Source of the DNA: Escherichia phage AV122
Sequence record: OR352952.1
Length of the DNA stretch: 64,000 bases
Strand: one strand, 5' to 3'
Shown here: in pieces, positions 44,836 to 54,678 of the stretch
How the letters are laid out: each line of letters opens with the position of its first letter
How positions within the stretch are numbered: the stretch's first letter is position 1
Notes under the pieces: model-generated
The model's database searches: none
Seen by the model: the letters and a program-made list of their open reading frames with translations, nothing else
Told to the model about the DNA's origin: nothing
Position numbers and translations under genes: made by a program

Positions 44836-46036
44836 ATTTTGTAATAATGTCAAACTGTTCTTTAAAGCAGAAGCTTGAATCTTGATGCTGATACAAAAAT
44901 TCATACGCTTTTTCTCGCTCACGGTCATAAAGAGCTCGGTCAGATGACAGTTCTTTAATACGCTCGAATGTTGATTCCATATCATTTTCATCAAACCAAA
45001 TGATACCGCTATCATGTGAGGTCAAAGGAGTATTATCAACACGGAATTTTAAATTTTCGCCAGTAGATTTCCAAAATACCGGAATTGTTCCACATGCACC
45101 AAGCTCGAGATGAGTATATTCTAAAGAACGTTGTAAATATTTTTTATCCAACTTACTCAACTGATAACCAAATCCGGATTTACTCATACGCTCAAGCATT
45201 TCGCTATTTACATAACGGTCAAGAATTTGCGTTGGCAAATTAGGAGCAATTTTAATTTGGTCTACTTGATGAAGACGATAATACTCGTATGGAATTCCTT
45301 TTTCTTTAATAGGAATGAATGCTGGAGAACGTTCCAGACCTTCCATAATAGTACTTAGTCCTGCAGGTTTAAGATGTTTTTCGTGAAAATCAAACATCTG
45401 ATAAAACCCCTTCCATGTAGTCGTACGACCAATCCAACGGTTGACATTCATGTTAATTTCAGAAACATCTTTCCAGTAGGTTGACCGAACCTTCGCAATA
45501 TCCATAGGAGGCTGAAAGTTATATACGGTCGGCGCTTCTTCAATATCATCAAACAGAGAAACAGTTTCTGGATACCATTCTTTCATCAGAACTTTATTAA
45601 AATCACCATTATCAGAATGGCTAAAAATAACATCAGCTCGACGAACAGTTTCTTCTAATCCCAAATTTCGGCGCAAAGAAAGAGAAGAATGGTCATGTTG
45701 ATAAACTACAACACGAACCGAAGGTTTAATGTTATCAATAATTTTTTTATAGTTATTAATAGTGTCTTCTTCAACTGAAGTAGCAGGAACTGAATTGATA
45801 ATTAGAATATCACAATCATTTACCAGCTTAAGTGTTTTATCGTATTCTTTTGCCAATAAAACCGGAATTGAAAATGATTTATAATCATGCGCACAGTTAC
45901 GAGTAAATGATTTATCTTTGGCATAAACCAAAGTTACTTCATGACCATTTTTAATAAACCAATCACGTTGCTCAAGAGAAAATTTAGTTACACCGCAACC
46001 TTCAAGACCTCGAGCCATAAAAATACATACTTTCAT
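44834..46036 (-). CDS. a-gt: DNA alpha-glucosyltransferase
   Basis: 400 aa (same as T4 alpha-gt); MKVCIFMARGLEGCGVTKFSLEQRDWFIKNGHEV... matches T4 alpha-gt as recalled. Confidence 0.9.
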   Translation of the reverse strand: MKVCIFMARGLEGCGVTKFSLEQRDWFIKNGHEVTLVYAKDKSFTRNCAHDYKSFSIPVLLAKEYDKTLKLVNDCDILIINSVPATSVEEDTINNYKKIIDNIKPSVRVVVYQHDHSSLSLRRNLGLEETVRRADVIFSHSDNGDFNKVLMKEWYPETVSLFDDIEEAPTVYNFQPPMDIAKVRSTYWKDVSEINMNVNRWIGRTTTWKGFYQMFDFHEKHLKPAGLSTIMEGLERSPAFIPIKEKGIPYEYYRLHQVDQIKIAPNLPTQILDRYVNSEMLERMSKSGFGYQLSKLDKKYLQRSLEYTHLELGACGTIPVFWKSTGENLKFRVDNTPLTSHDSGIIWFDENDMESTFERIKELSSDRALYDREREKAYEFLYQHQDSSFCFKEQFDIITK

Positions 46037-46060
46037 TTAATATCCTCATTGTTTTGGTTT

Positions 46061-46086
46061 ATTTTACCAAAAATTTATAAAGCAAT
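46061..46086 (-). promoter_or_regulatory. possible MotA-dependent middle promoter upstream of a-gt
   Basis: Minus strand ATTGCTTTA (MotA-box-like) followed about 11 nt later by TAAAAT; spacing not checked against a reference. Confidence 0.3.
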
Positions 46087-46106
46087 ATAGGAGCCGAAGC
46101 TCCTAT
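46087..46106 (-). other. CUUCGG-tetraloop hairpin
   Basis: ataggagc-cgaa-gctcctat. Confidence 0.45.
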
Positions 46107-46279
46107 CCGCATAATACGCCATACAAAGGCTCATTAGAACTTCTAAATTTTATGCGCTTATATGTTATAGTTCCTTCTGCTTTAGCTTTATCATAAGACT
46201 CTTTAAAGAGTCTCATCATTTCCTCTTTAGAGGAACGAATTTTATTATAATCTATTTCAGAAGTCTGGGTGTTCATCTT

Positions 46280-46486
46280 TCATAACTGCCACCATTTTTT
46301 GACTTGATAAGAATCAACCCACACTTTCATATTAGGGTCTGCTCTTACAATAGGAGGATTAACTTCTTTAATTGAACTATCATGGTATTCTTTTTCAGAA
46401 ATTTTCACACAAAGATGACCATTCAAAGATTCAGTAAATCCTGCATTAATTTTAAGACGCTTGAATTTTACGTGTGTAAGCATCAA
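46280..46486 (-). CDS. hypothetical protein
   Basis: 68-aa ORF. Confidence 0.45.
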   Translation of the reverse strand: MMLTHVKFKRLKINAGFTESLNGHLCVKISEKEYHDSSIKEVNPPIVRADPNMKVWVDSYQVKKWWQL

Positions 46487-46769
46487 TCATATCCTCAATT
46501 TGCGATCTAGTAGTCTTCCAAAGAATACTGATGAGTTCATCGTTATATGGCTGTTTTAGAATATCCCGACTTTTCTTGATAGCATATTCGTATTGAGCAA
46601 AATTATTGTTTTCAGCTGCGATCTGAGCGTGCTTATAAAGACGATTCAGTTCGCGTTTGTTTTTAGACAATAACTTATTTGCTTTTCTTTCTGCTTCAAG
46701 ACGGTTCTTTTCTTCAATAGAAGAAATAAGCTTTTCCACTTCATCATTAATTTCGGGTTTATCAGTCAT
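46452..46769 (-). CDS. hypothetical protein
   Basis: 105-aa ORF, helical/basic. Confidence 0.5.
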   Translation of the reverse strand: MTDKPEINDEVEKLISSIEEKNRLEAERKANKLLSKNKRELNRLYKHAQIAAENNNFAQYEYAIKKSRDILKQPYNDELISILWKTTRSQIEDMIDAYTRKIQAS

Positions 46770-46770
46770 A

Positions 46771-46989
46771 TTATTTCTCTAATATAAAATAAAAATCATC
46801 ATCTGTTAAATGATACCTGTAATTTAATTCTACACCATTAGATTTAAAAGCGGTATCATACGGATTTTCTGGATCAATATCAATGTCAAGAGCTAAAACT
46901 TCCCTGAGATACATTTTAAGTAAATAGGGAATAGCTTCAACTTCAGGTATTTCTTCCAAGAATCCGGAGAGGTTAATCGTTAGCCTCAT
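46771..46989 (-). CDS. hypothetical protein
   Basis: 72-aa ORF. Confidence 0.5.
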
Positions 46990-47530
46990 ATAAAAAATCC
47001 AAACTAGGAGAATCGTCTACAACACTTTTCTTTTCAGCCCCCGGTGTTCTATAGGTTGATTCTTCGTAATGCGTCATTTTATCATAGATGTCTTGAATAA
47101 AAGTTTCATCTACTAACGCAACCATATCGTCGTCACGACTGTCATAGACATTGTGAACGAAGTAACTATATTTCTTTGCAACTTCCTTACGTTCTTTTTT
47201 AATACGCTGGACGAATGCATTAAAACAAGCTTGAGTTATATATGCATGTGGGTTTTTATATTTCGTTTCATCAAAATTATGAAGCCCCTTAATAGAAGCT
47301 TCTATACCATCTGCAATCATTTCTTGTTTCCAAGACTGGGTGTATCCTGAAAAGTTGAAACGTTTAGATAAGCCTTCTGCAATAAGCATAATGGCTAATC
47401 CGATAGTATCATTTTGACGAACTACTTTATTTGGGTCTTTATTATTTGCTAATTCTGTTTTCCAATCAATAATAGCTTGTAAAAGCTCTTTATTGTTTAC
47501 GTAATTATATTTAGGCTTAGTTTCTGACAT
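46973..47530 (-). CDS. 55: late sigma factor gp55
   Basis: 185 aa from ATG 47530 (track start is GTG two codons upstream); SD GAGGTG; matches T4 gp55 length. Confidence 0.85.
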
Positions 47531-47608
47531 TTTCACCTCTTAGCTCAATTCATAGATCTATTATATCATAATATTTGAAGATCTATCTTAAAGCATAGAG
47601 AATATCAG

Positions 47609-47878
47609 TTATCTAAGTAAACAGTATGCTTGGAATACTTTCTCCATCATCTTTTTAAATTCATGAATATCTATATAATGACTAGTTAGATCAGCATGAT
47701 ATAAAAAGTCTAAAAACTTTTCATGTGTACTAACATATTCACTTTCATTTAATTCAGAAACATGACTTTCCCAATATCCAACACCAGTCTTATTTGGGAA
47801 AAATGAAATTTTCATGTATTGGTCAACATAGAAAATGCCATAATTTTCAATAGTAATAGAAATATTAATAAATTTCAT
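47609..47878 (-). CDS. hypothetical protein
   Basis: 89-aa ORF. Confidence 0.5.
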   Translation of the reverse strand: MKFINISITIENYGIFYVDQYMKISFFPNKTGVGYWESHVSELNESEYVSTHEKFLDFLYHADLTSHYIDIHEFKKMMEKVFQAYCLLR

Positions 47879-48090
47879 ACATTCATCAACTTAGCCGCTT
47901 CAAGAGCTGCATCTAGTGAATCAAATTGGTCAACGTATTCAATCAATTCGCCATAATTGGCATATAACCACCATTGGCTAAATTCATACTCAAGGATGAA
48001 TCCGTTTCCTTCAATTTGAGTTAAACCAATGCCATTTGTATTTACTTCATATCCAGCAAGACGCAAATCGTTAATAAGAGCTTCGTTCAT
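47875..48090 (-). CDS. hypothetical protein
   Basis: 71-aa ORF, ATGA overlap. Confidence 0.5.
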   Translation of the reverse strand: MNEALINDLRLAGYEVNTNGIGLTQIEGNGFILEYEFSQWWLYANYGELIEYVDQFDSLDAALEAAKLMNV

Positions 48091-48092
48091 AA

Positions 48093-48419
48093 TTATACCT
48101 TAGTAATTTTCAGGTCTGCAAATTTTTTCTTGCGTTGATTTTTCATGCGACGAATAGTTTTATCGGAAATTTCATGCTTTTGATAAGCTTTAGATTCTAC
48201 ACCAAAAGCTTTAACATCAAATTCTGACAAGATATATTGAACCAACAATTCACGGACAGTATTGCGTCCAATCTTCTGATCATTCTGTTTCATCGTTTGA
48301 TGAAGCTCTTTTTCCCATTTATCCAAACTTTGAGGAGTTACAATATCGCCTTTTTCTAGCAAAGAAACTACTTTATCATATGCGTAAGAATTGATGGCGT
48401 TTTTAATTTGAATAGTCAT
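48093..48419 (-). CDS. hypothetical protein
   Basis: 108-aa ORF. Confidence 0.55.
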   Translation of the reverse strand: MTIQIKNAINSYAYDKVVSLLEKGDIVTPQSLDKWEKELHQTMKQNDQKIGRNTVRELLVQYILSEFDVKAFGVESKAYQKHEISDKTIRRMKNQRKKKFADLKITKV

Positions 48420-48457
48420 ACATTATCCTCAATTGCGTTAAAATTTTATTATCCAAA

Positions 48458-48473
48458 AAGGGCCGAAGCCCTT
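48458..48473 (-). terminator. CUUCGG-tetraloop hairpin / terminator
   Basis: aagggc-cgaa-gccctt, U-run 3' on minus transcript. Confidence 0.5.
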
Positions 48474-48672
48474 AGCTAAACTTTTTGGCACCCTTCCAGC
48501 CTTCATACATCATTGCGGCTGATATTAATATTGCTCCTGAGCAACTTGAATATTTGTGATTCCAAAACCAGTTTAGAAAAACTTCATCATCAATACCTTG
48601 GGCTATCATATTTTCAAAGAACTGACGACGAGATTCGGCAATTCGTTGTGATAATTTAGATTCAGGATTCAT
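48472..48672 (-). CDS. hypothetical protein
   Basis: 66-aa ORF. Confidence 0.5.
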   Translation of the reverse strand: MNPESKLSQRIAESRRQFFENMIAQGIDDEVFLNWFWNHKYSSCSGAILISAAMMYEGWKGAKKFS

Positions 48673-48888
48673 TTAAATTTTCCAGTTACCGTTTTCATCA
48701 ATAAATTTAATCCAGTCATTTACTGACCACTTAGTTGTATCACCTTTTGGAGTAACATTTAAAGTGTATAACCCCTGCTTAAAAAGCATTCGTTTGATAT
48801 TCATAATTTCCTCAGCTGTAACGATAACACTCGTTTGATTTACGTTTAGCAACTCGTTGAGAAGTATTATAATCAAAATCATCGTCAA
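48673..48888 (-). CDS. hypothetical protein (start uncertain)
   Basis: 71-aa ORF whose first 28 codons overlap the next ORF; likely begins at internal MNIKR. Confidence 0.4.
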   Translation of the reverse strand: MTMILIIILLNELLNVNQTSVIVTAEEIMNIKRMLFKQGLYTLNVTPKGDTTKWSVNDWIKFIDENGNWKI

Positions 48889-49144
48889 TGTAAACTGATT
48901 TTTTCAACTTTCTTACTTCACCACGTAATTGGCGATTTAGCTCATCTTTAACTTCTGAATCAATACCTTTCATTCTACGCCATTTATCTGAGCGAAAAAT
49001 GTTTTCAACCATATCTTTATGACTTACACCATCAGGAGCTTTACGCTTTCCGAAATAGTCATAATCACGTACTTTTAAATCTTTACGACGATACGTTTTA
49101 CCCATGGAGTTTAATTTCCTTAGCAACTGAACTAAATGCAGCAC
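48812..49144 (-). CDS. hypothetical basic protein (start uncertain)
   Basis: 110-aa ORF, Lys/Arg-rich; likely begins at internal MGKTYRR. Confidence 0.5.
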   Translation of the reverse strand: MLHLVQLLRKLNSMGKTYRRKDLKVRDYDYFGKRKAPDGVSHKDMVENIFRSDKWRRMKGIDSEVKDELNRQLRGEVRKLKKSVYIDDDFDYNTSQRVAKRKSNECYRYS

Positions 49145-49280
49145 GATCGCAAATCATGCGTTTATGTAACTTGAGTATAATATAGCAAACTTCAAAACTA
49201 TTTACATGAGTAACACGAACAGCATTACCATTAATGAGATAATACTGTCCCTTTTTAATTTCTTTATCAACCACAACCAT
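49098..49280 (-). CDS. hypothetical protein
   Basis: 60-aa ORF downstream of promoter. Confidence 0.5.
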   Translation of the reverse strand: MVVVDKEIKKGQYYLINGNAVRVTHVNSFEVCYIILKLHKRMICDRAAFSSVAKEIKLHG

Positions 49281-49310
49281 ATCAATTCCTCAAAGGTAAT
49301 TCATATGTTA

Positions 49311-49340
49311 ATAATACCACGGTTTGAACTTGTTGTAAAC
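49311..49340 (-). promoter_or_regulatory. T4-type early promoter
   Basis: GTTTAC (49335-49340), 18-bp spacer, TATTAT (49311-49316). Confidence 0.55.
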
Positions 49341-49421
49341 AACTTTGTGAAAAATATTTTAGGGAATGATAAGAAAGGAATGATAGCTTAAAATGGTAAT
49401 ATACAGAATGTGAGAAAGAAA

Positions 49422-49434
49422 GGCCCAGAGGGCC
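49422..49434 (-). terminator. short GC hairpin after nrdH
   Basis: ggccc-aga-gggcc, 5 nt past nrdH stop. Confidence 0.4.
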
Positions 49435-49438
49435 CGTC

Positions 49439-49747
49439 TTAATCTTCTATGATATCTCTATCATATCCAAGTGAAATGAGAGTTTCTTTGAAGTGTTTAA
49501 TGTTCTTTTGTCTAGAATCATTAATGAAAATGACTGGATAACGAATGTTAAGAGATGTGAATCCAGCGCGTTTAGCAAGAGATACAATCAGTGGACGATC
49601 ATACTCAATCTTACCGTTATTTGTAAGAACTTTATAGAAAGTAAAAGGAGCATTGAGCTCCTTTAGAAGTTTTGTAACTGATTGACATCCAGGACAACGA
49701 CCTACTTCATCTGGAATTCCATAGACTTCAATCTTATTTTGTTTCAC
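49439..49747 (-). CDS. nrdH: glutaredoxin-like protein NrdH
   Basis: 102 aa with CPGC redox motif; precedes nrdG/nrdD in transcription order; GTG start with SD AAGGA. Confidence 0.65.
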   Translation of the reverse strand: MKQNKIEVYGIPDEVGRCPGCQSVTKLLKELNAPFTFYKVLTNNGKIEYDRPLIVSLAKRAGFTSLNIRYPVIFINDSRQKNIKHFKETLISLGYDRDIIED

Positions 49748-49749
49748 AA

Positions 49750-49962
49750 CTATTCCTTACTAAGAGCAGCATTCAGCTTGTTAGTAATTTTATCCAGACG
49801 CTCATTGAACTCACTAGAAGATAAGCCCTTTTCTGGAGAAATTAAACTAATCACGAAAAATATAGCAATAAAAGGAATAAGGAAAATAGCTCCAACTGCC
49901 ATAAACAGAAAGAATGTTACAGTTGTAAGAAAATCAGCTAAACCTTTACGAAATTTATACAT
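49750..49962 (-). CDS. small membrane protein
   Basis: 70 aa, one long hydrophobic segment. Confidence 0.5.
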   Translation of the reverse strand: MYKFRKGLADFLTTVTFFLFMAVGAIFLIPFIAIFFVISLISPEKGLSSSEFNERLDKITNKLNAALSKE

Positions 49963-50077
49963 ATTTTACCCTTAATTAATTAACCAAGCATTGATAAGCA
50001 CTAAACTATACTGCGAATAAAATTCTGGACCAAAATGAAAAATCATATCATTTATAGTGTCCATAATATAATTCAAT

Positions 50078-50548
50078 TTAATCATGTTTCCACACCCCAT
50101 CGGTATTTGACCAAAGTCGCTGATTATCTGATCCTCGCCACAGCTTTTTAGTCGGAAGATTTTTCTCATACTTCCCATCAATAATAACATCAACATATTT
50201 AAGCATTTCTAGTTGTTTAATATCTTCAAACTTATATCCTGTCCACAACCAAATGCTTTTATTGGGATAAAGATTTTTTACTGTTTGAACCACAGAGTGA
50301 ATAACATCTCGGTTATCAGGATAGAGAGGGTCACCTCCGGTTATAGTCAATCCTTCTATATAATCATTATTCAAACATTCAATCAATTGTTCTAGTGTTT
50401 CACCAGTGAATGGAATACCATTTCTAGCATTCCATGTTGATTTATTATAACACCCTTCACATTTATGCAAACAACCTGTAACGAAAAGAACGACCCTACA
50501 ACCAGGGCCATTCACAAAATCGCAAGGATAAAATCTATCATAATTCAT
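50078..50548 (-). CDS. nrdG: anaerobic ribonucleotide reductase activating protein (radical SAM)
   Basis: 156 aa; CLHKCEGCYN radical-SAM cluster motif. Confidence 0.88.
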   Translation of the reverse strand: MNYDRFYPCDFVNGPGCRVVLFVTGCLHKCEGCYNKSTWNARNGIPFTGETLEQLIECLNNDYIEGLTITGGDPLYPDNRDVIHSVVQTVKNLYPNKSIWLWTGYKFEDIKQLEMLKYVDVIIDGKYEKNLPTKKLWRGSDNQRLWSNTDGVWKHD

Positions 50549-52362
50549 TGGTGTTTAACCCTATGCATGATTTCTTTATTTTTACCGAGATTAAATCCGC
50601 GCTCGTTCGGATTTCCCAAATAACCACATGTTCTTCTTATTGTATTCATCTTTTTAGGATCAGTTTCTCCACAAATAGAACAAACAAATCCGTTTTCAGT
50701 AGGAGTCATTTCATGGGTACTTCCGCATGTAAAACACTTATCTACTGGCATATTAACACCAAAATAATCTAAATGCTGTGCAGCATAATCCCACACGGCC
50801 TCAAGACCTTTTAAGTTATTTTTCATATCAGGAAGTTCAACATAAGAAATGTGACCACCTGTCGCAATGAAATGATATGGCGCTTCACGAGAAATCTTTT
50901 CAAACGGAGTAATATTTTCTTCTACTGAAACATGGAAACTGTTAGTGTACCAACCTTTATCGGTAACATCTTTTACGCTTCCATATTTTTCTGTATCGAG
51001 TTTACAGAAGCGATAACAAAGGTTTTCAGCAGGAGTCGAATATAAACTAAAAGCAAATCCGGTTCTTTCAGTCCACTGTTTAAGATGAGCATTCATTTTA
51101 GTTAAAATTTCTTGTCCAATGTCACGACCAACAAGAATATTCAATTCATGAATACCTATGTATCCTAAAGACACTGAACTTCTGCCGTTTTTAAATAACT
51201 CAATTATATCATCATCGGGTTTAAGACGAACCCCGAATGCACCTTCTTGGTAAAGAATAGGAGCAACAGTAGCTTTAACTCCTTTTAATGAACTAATTCT
51301 ACACATCAATGCTTCAAAACACAAATCCATTCGTTCATTGAACAATTCGGCAAATTTCTGTTCATTGAACTGTGTTCCAATATAAGAATCTAATGCAATA
51401 CGAGGAAGATTCAGTGTTACAACGCCAAGATTATTACGTCCATCAAGAATTTCATTACCAGTCGAATCTTTCCATACGCTCAAGAAACTGCGGCAACCCA
51501 TTGGAGAAACAGGAATAGATGAACCTGTGATAGCTTTATTGTTCTTAGCTGAAATAATATCAGGATACATTCTTTTGCTTGCGCACTCTAGAGCAAGCTG
51601 TTTAATATCATAGTTCGGATCGTCTTTATAAAGATTAACACCTTCTTCAACAAACATAACAAGCTTAGGGAAAATAGGAGTTATCCCATCACGACCAAGA
51701 CCTTTAATACGATTTTTCAGAATTGCTTTCTGAATCATTCGTTCAGTCCAGTCAGTTCCTGTACCAAATGTAATTGTTACAAAAGGTGTTTGTCCGTTTG
51801 AACTAAAGAGAGTATTTACTTCATATTCATAAGCTTGGAATGCATCGTATACGTCTTTTTCTGTTTTAGACTGGGCATAATTCAACGCATCAGCGATTTG
51901 CCATTTTTCTGCATCCTCAATATGTTTTGCATAGGTGCGTTTAACATAAGGAGAAAGTACTTTATCTACATTAGCAAAAGTCGTTCCGCCGTATTGATGG
52001 GAAGCAACCTGTGCAGTAATTTGTGCCATAATTGCAGTAGCAACACCGATTGATTTAGGAGTTTCAATCTGTGCATTACCAAGCTTAAATCCATTCTCAA
52101 GCATTCCTTTTAAATCTACTAAACAACAATTAGTAAATGGAAGAGCAGGGGAATAATCAATATCGTGAAAATGGATAATTCCGCTTTCATGCGCTTTCAT
52201 AATAAAAGACGGGACCATATTTTTGGCAATGTGTTTAGACACAATACCAGCCATAAGGTCCCGTTGAGTTGGAAAAACACGAGAATCTTTATTAGCATTC
52301 TCGTTTAAAAGGTCTTTATTAGTTTTATGAATCAATCCTTCAATTTCTTTTTCAATTGTCAT
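50545..52362 (-). CDS. nrdD: anaerobic ribonucleoside-triphosphate reductase (class III), uninterrupted
   Basis: 605 aa; C-terminal glycyl-radical motif RRTCGYLG and Zn site CFTCGS...CSICG; single continuous frame. Confidence 0.92.
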   Translation of the reverse strand: MTIEKEIEGLIHKTNKDLLNENANKDSRVFPTQRDLMAGIVSKHIAKNMVPSFIMKAHESGIIHFHDIDYSPALPFTNCCLVDLKGMLENGFKLGNAQIETPKSIGVATAIMAQITAQVASHQYGGTTFANVDKVLSPYVKRTYAKHIEDAEKWQIADALNYAQSKTEKDVYDAFQAYEYEVNTLFSSNGQTPFVTITFGTGTDWTERMIQKAILKNRIKGLGRDGITPIFPKLVMFVEEGVNLYKDDPNYDIKQLALECASKRMYPDIISAKNNKAITGSSIPVSPMGCRSFLSVWKDSTGNEILDGRNNLGVVTLNLPRIALDSYIGTQFNEQKFAELFNERMDLCFEALMCRISSLKGVKATVAPILYQEGAFGVRLKPDDDIIELFKNGRSSVSLGYIGIHELNILVGRDIGQEILTKMNAHLKQWTERTGFAFSLYSTPAENLCYRFCKLDTEKYGSVKDVTDKGWYTNSFHVSVEENITPFEKISREAPYHFIATGGHISYVELPDMKNNLKGLEAVWDYAAQHLDYFGVNMPVDKCFTCGSTHEMTPTENGFVCSICGETDPKKMNTIRRTCGYLGNPNERGFNLGKNKEIMHRVKHQ

Positions 52363-52832
52363 TTTAAACTCTTTCTAAGCTGCTTCTTAAATGAAGCTAT
52401 TAATTGTGTTTTAGTGTCAGATTCATTATATTCAAATCCTCTTTGAAGCATCTCAGCCATCATTTCCTCTTTTCCTAAACGAGAAAATTCCTTTGATTTA
52501 TCTCCAACGAAGTTAGGGTGAATATTATTTTGGGTGTAATCGGATTTTAAATAAGTAAGTAAATTTTCTAACCATTCAAGATAATCAACACCTTGTCCCT
52601 TTAAGCCAGAACGATTAAATTTATGCTTCATTTGACCTTCTGCGGCATTGCAGAGATTACAAAGCAATCCACGCACCTTTCCTGCTTTTGGTCCATTTAA
52701 TTCATGGTCATGGTCGAGGTGATTAGCTTGAACGTCAGGATTTAGTTCTCGTTGGCAAATTAAGCATTTACCGTTTTGTGCATTATAAAATTTTTGTTTT
52801 TCTTCTTTGTATAATTTGCCAGTCAATAACAT
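52359..52832 (-). CDS. 49: endonuclease VII (Holliday junction resolvase)
   Basis: 157 aa (same as T4 endo VII); zinc motif CLICQ...HLDHDH...CNLCN. Confidence 0.88.
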   Translation of the reverse strand: MLLTGKLYKEEKQKFYNAQNGKCLICQRELNPDVQANHLDHDHELNGPKAGKVRGLLCNLCNAAEGQMKHKFNRSGLKGQGVDYLEWLENLLTYLKSDYTQNNIHPNFVGDKSKEFSRLGKEEMMAEMLQRGFEYNESDTKTQLIASFKKQLRKSLK

Positions 52833-52881
52833 AATAAAATCCTTACCTTAAATAGATAAGGGTATTTATTATTTTCAAGTA

Positions 52882-53328
52882 TTAAAATGCTCGGTCAGAA
52901 AAAGAAATTTGAGTTTCAAGCCATTCAATATATTCTGCCGCAGCTTGCATCAAATTTCCTTCGTAATCATCAATATCTTTTTTCAACGCCGATTTAGCTA
53001 ATGCGTATGAAATACGTTCACCTTGAAAACCGGCTTTAGGCTTCTGAACAACTTGATTAGTTCGCTCTACAACTTCTTCAATTTCGCCATTTTCTACTGA
53101 TTCAGTATTCCACAAGCACCAATACGTAATTGGCTTATCGTAGATGTTAATAATCTTTCCATCAGAAAGTTCAATTTCAATAATTCCAGTATCAGGCTCT
53201 ATATCATCTTCACATTCTTTTGCAAGTTCACGAACTTTAAAGACAGTACCTGCACTAAGTTCCGGCCAGTAATTACACAGCCCTGTATCAGCACGATTAA
53301 TTCTAAACCACTTATCTACTGTAATCAT
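52882..53328 (-). CDS. hypothetical protein; pin-like by position
   Basis: About 148 aa from ATG 53328 (track start is TTG); first ORF after gene 49 where T4 pin maps. Tentative. Confidence 0.4.
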   Translation of the reverse strand: MITVDKWFRINRADTGLCNYWPELSAGTVFKVRELAKECEDDIEPDTGIIEIELSDGKIINIYDKPITYWCLWNTESVENGEIEEVVERTNQVVQKPKAGFQGERISYALAKSALKKDIDDYEGNLMQAAAEYIEWLETQISFSDRAF

Positions 53329-53368
53329 GTCCCATCTCCATATCAATTAAGTCATTTATCGTTGGTTC

Positions 53369-53398
53369 ATTATACACCGTTTCTTCATCAGTGTAAAC
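53369..53398 (-). promoter_or_regulatory. T4-type early promoter
   Basis: GTTTAC (53393-53398), 18-bp spacer, TATAAT (53369-53374). Confidence 0.55.
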
Positions 53399-53451
53399 CG
53401 GTTCTTCCGGCTCTGGCTCTACAGTTTCCCATCTAGCCGCCCACCAAGGTT

Positions 53452-53772
53452 TTATAGCGTAATCCATTCTCGTACTATCTGAGTTACTACACGTTCACGG
53501 GGCTCGACTAGTTCAACAGTCGGAACTGCATAATACCAGTCAGAATGATAAGAACCTGACCGAGATTCATTTACCGCTACATGTACATTATGTTTTGGAC
53601 TAAAGTAAACACACTGACGATATTGGCATTTACCATCTTGCACCCAGTCTTCTATTTCGATAGGTTTAAGATAGTCGGAAAAATCGAAATCATAGTTTTC
53701 TGAAAATGCATCATGGTCTTCAATGATTTCACTCAGAACTGCATCAACATCTAATTTATTTTCAATAGTCAT
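53452..53772 (-). CDS. hypothetical acidic protein
   Basis: 106-aa ORF. Confidence 0.5.
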   Translation of the reverse strand: MTIENKLDVDAVLSEIIEDHDAFSENYDFDFSDYLKPIEIEDWVQDGKCQYRQCVYFSPKHNVHVAVNESRSGSYHSDWYYAVPTVELVEPRERVVTQIVREWITL

Positions 53773-53782
53773 TTTTCACCAA

Positions 53783-53992
53783 TTAATTTCGCAATTTATT
53801 AAGTTCTTCATAATCAATCCAGGATTCTAATCCTGATGGCAAATCAGATTCAATTTCCCAAAGAAGTTCTTCAATTTTATGAAGACGATCTAGTTCTTCA
53901 GCAGGAATAGTAACCATTGACGGAGCTCTTGCTACATTAATATCGTAAATCATATTTACCCCAGTTTGACCATACAATCGCCGTATTTCCAC
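53783..53992 (-). CDS. hypothetical protein
   Basis: 69-aa ORF. Confidence 0.5.
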   Translation of the reverse strand: MEIRRLYGQTGVNMIYDINVARAPSMVTIPAEELDRLHKIEELLWEIESDLPSGLESWIDYEELNKLRN

Positions 53993-54171
53993 TTAGAAAT
54001 AGACTTTTCACCGTTAGAATAATAAACTTCAAGTTTAGCACGATTATTTTTAATTTGAATAACCTTTGCTGTCATCAAAGTTCCATACCCATAATAAACT
54101 GCAACTTCATCACCTACATATACCGCGCTTCCGCGGTAATCGTGAATATAGTCAGTTCCTTCGAGCATCAT
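53956..54171 (-). CDS. hypothetical protein
   Basis: 71-aa ORF, ATGA overlap with nrdC. Confidence 0.5.
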   Translation of the reverse strand: MMLEGTDYIHDYRGSAVYVGDEVAVYYGYGTLMTAKVIQIKNNRAKLEVYYSNGEKSISKWKYGDCMVKLG

Positions 54172-54431
54172 TTAAAATATTCTCGCAGTTGGTCAAATCC
54201 ACCAATATGACTTCCATCAGGAGCAAATACTTGTGGCATTGTCAAACCAATTTGAGTATCACGACCTAGTTTAGTCAGAAGCTCAGCGATTTTCTCATCA
54301 TCAAAAACACCTTTTTCCGGCATAATGTTGATAAATTCAAACGGCTGTTTCTTCACGGTCAAAAGACGTTTTGCATTATCGCAATACACACATTTATGAA
54401 TGTTGCTATCATAACCATATACTTTAAACAT
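54168..54431 (-). CDS. nrdC: thioredoxin/glutaredoxin NrdC
   Basis: 87 aa (same as T4 NrdC); CVYC active site. Confidence 0.85.
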   Translation of the reverse strand: MFKVYGYDSNIHKCVYCDNAKRLLTVKKQPFEFINIMPEKGVFDDEKIAELLTKLGRDTQIGLTMPQVFAPDGSHIGGFDQLREYFK

Positions 54432-54432
54432 A

Positions 54433-54678
54433 TTATTCCTTAATTCCTAGTACTTGTTTAAAAGTCTCGTCGTAATCAAGACTTTGGCCCGTTTGTTCTT
54501 TATGTTTGTATATAATATCACTTACTTCTGATAGCATATTTTTATATGAACGAGTTAAAGCAGATTTAAGCACGCTGTATCTATCAGGAAATTTACCATG
54601 TTCATTATAATAAGCTATTGCTAATTCACGGACTGCCTTTTCAGCAGTCTCCATATATTCTTTACGCTTGGTCATTTT
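54433..54678 (-). CDS. hypothetical protein (81 aa)
   Basis: Trimmed to internal ATG (MTKRKEY...) to reduce overlap with the zinc-ribbon ORF. Confidence 0.45.

Noticed and set aside
47571-47598. MotA-box-like ATGCTTTA upstream of gene 55
   Set aside because: No convincing -10 hexamer at the expected spacing.
53300-53467. 55-aa minus-strand ORF upstream of the pin-like gene
   Set aside because: Overlaps the early promoter at 53369-53398 and the start of the downstream gene; probably spurious.
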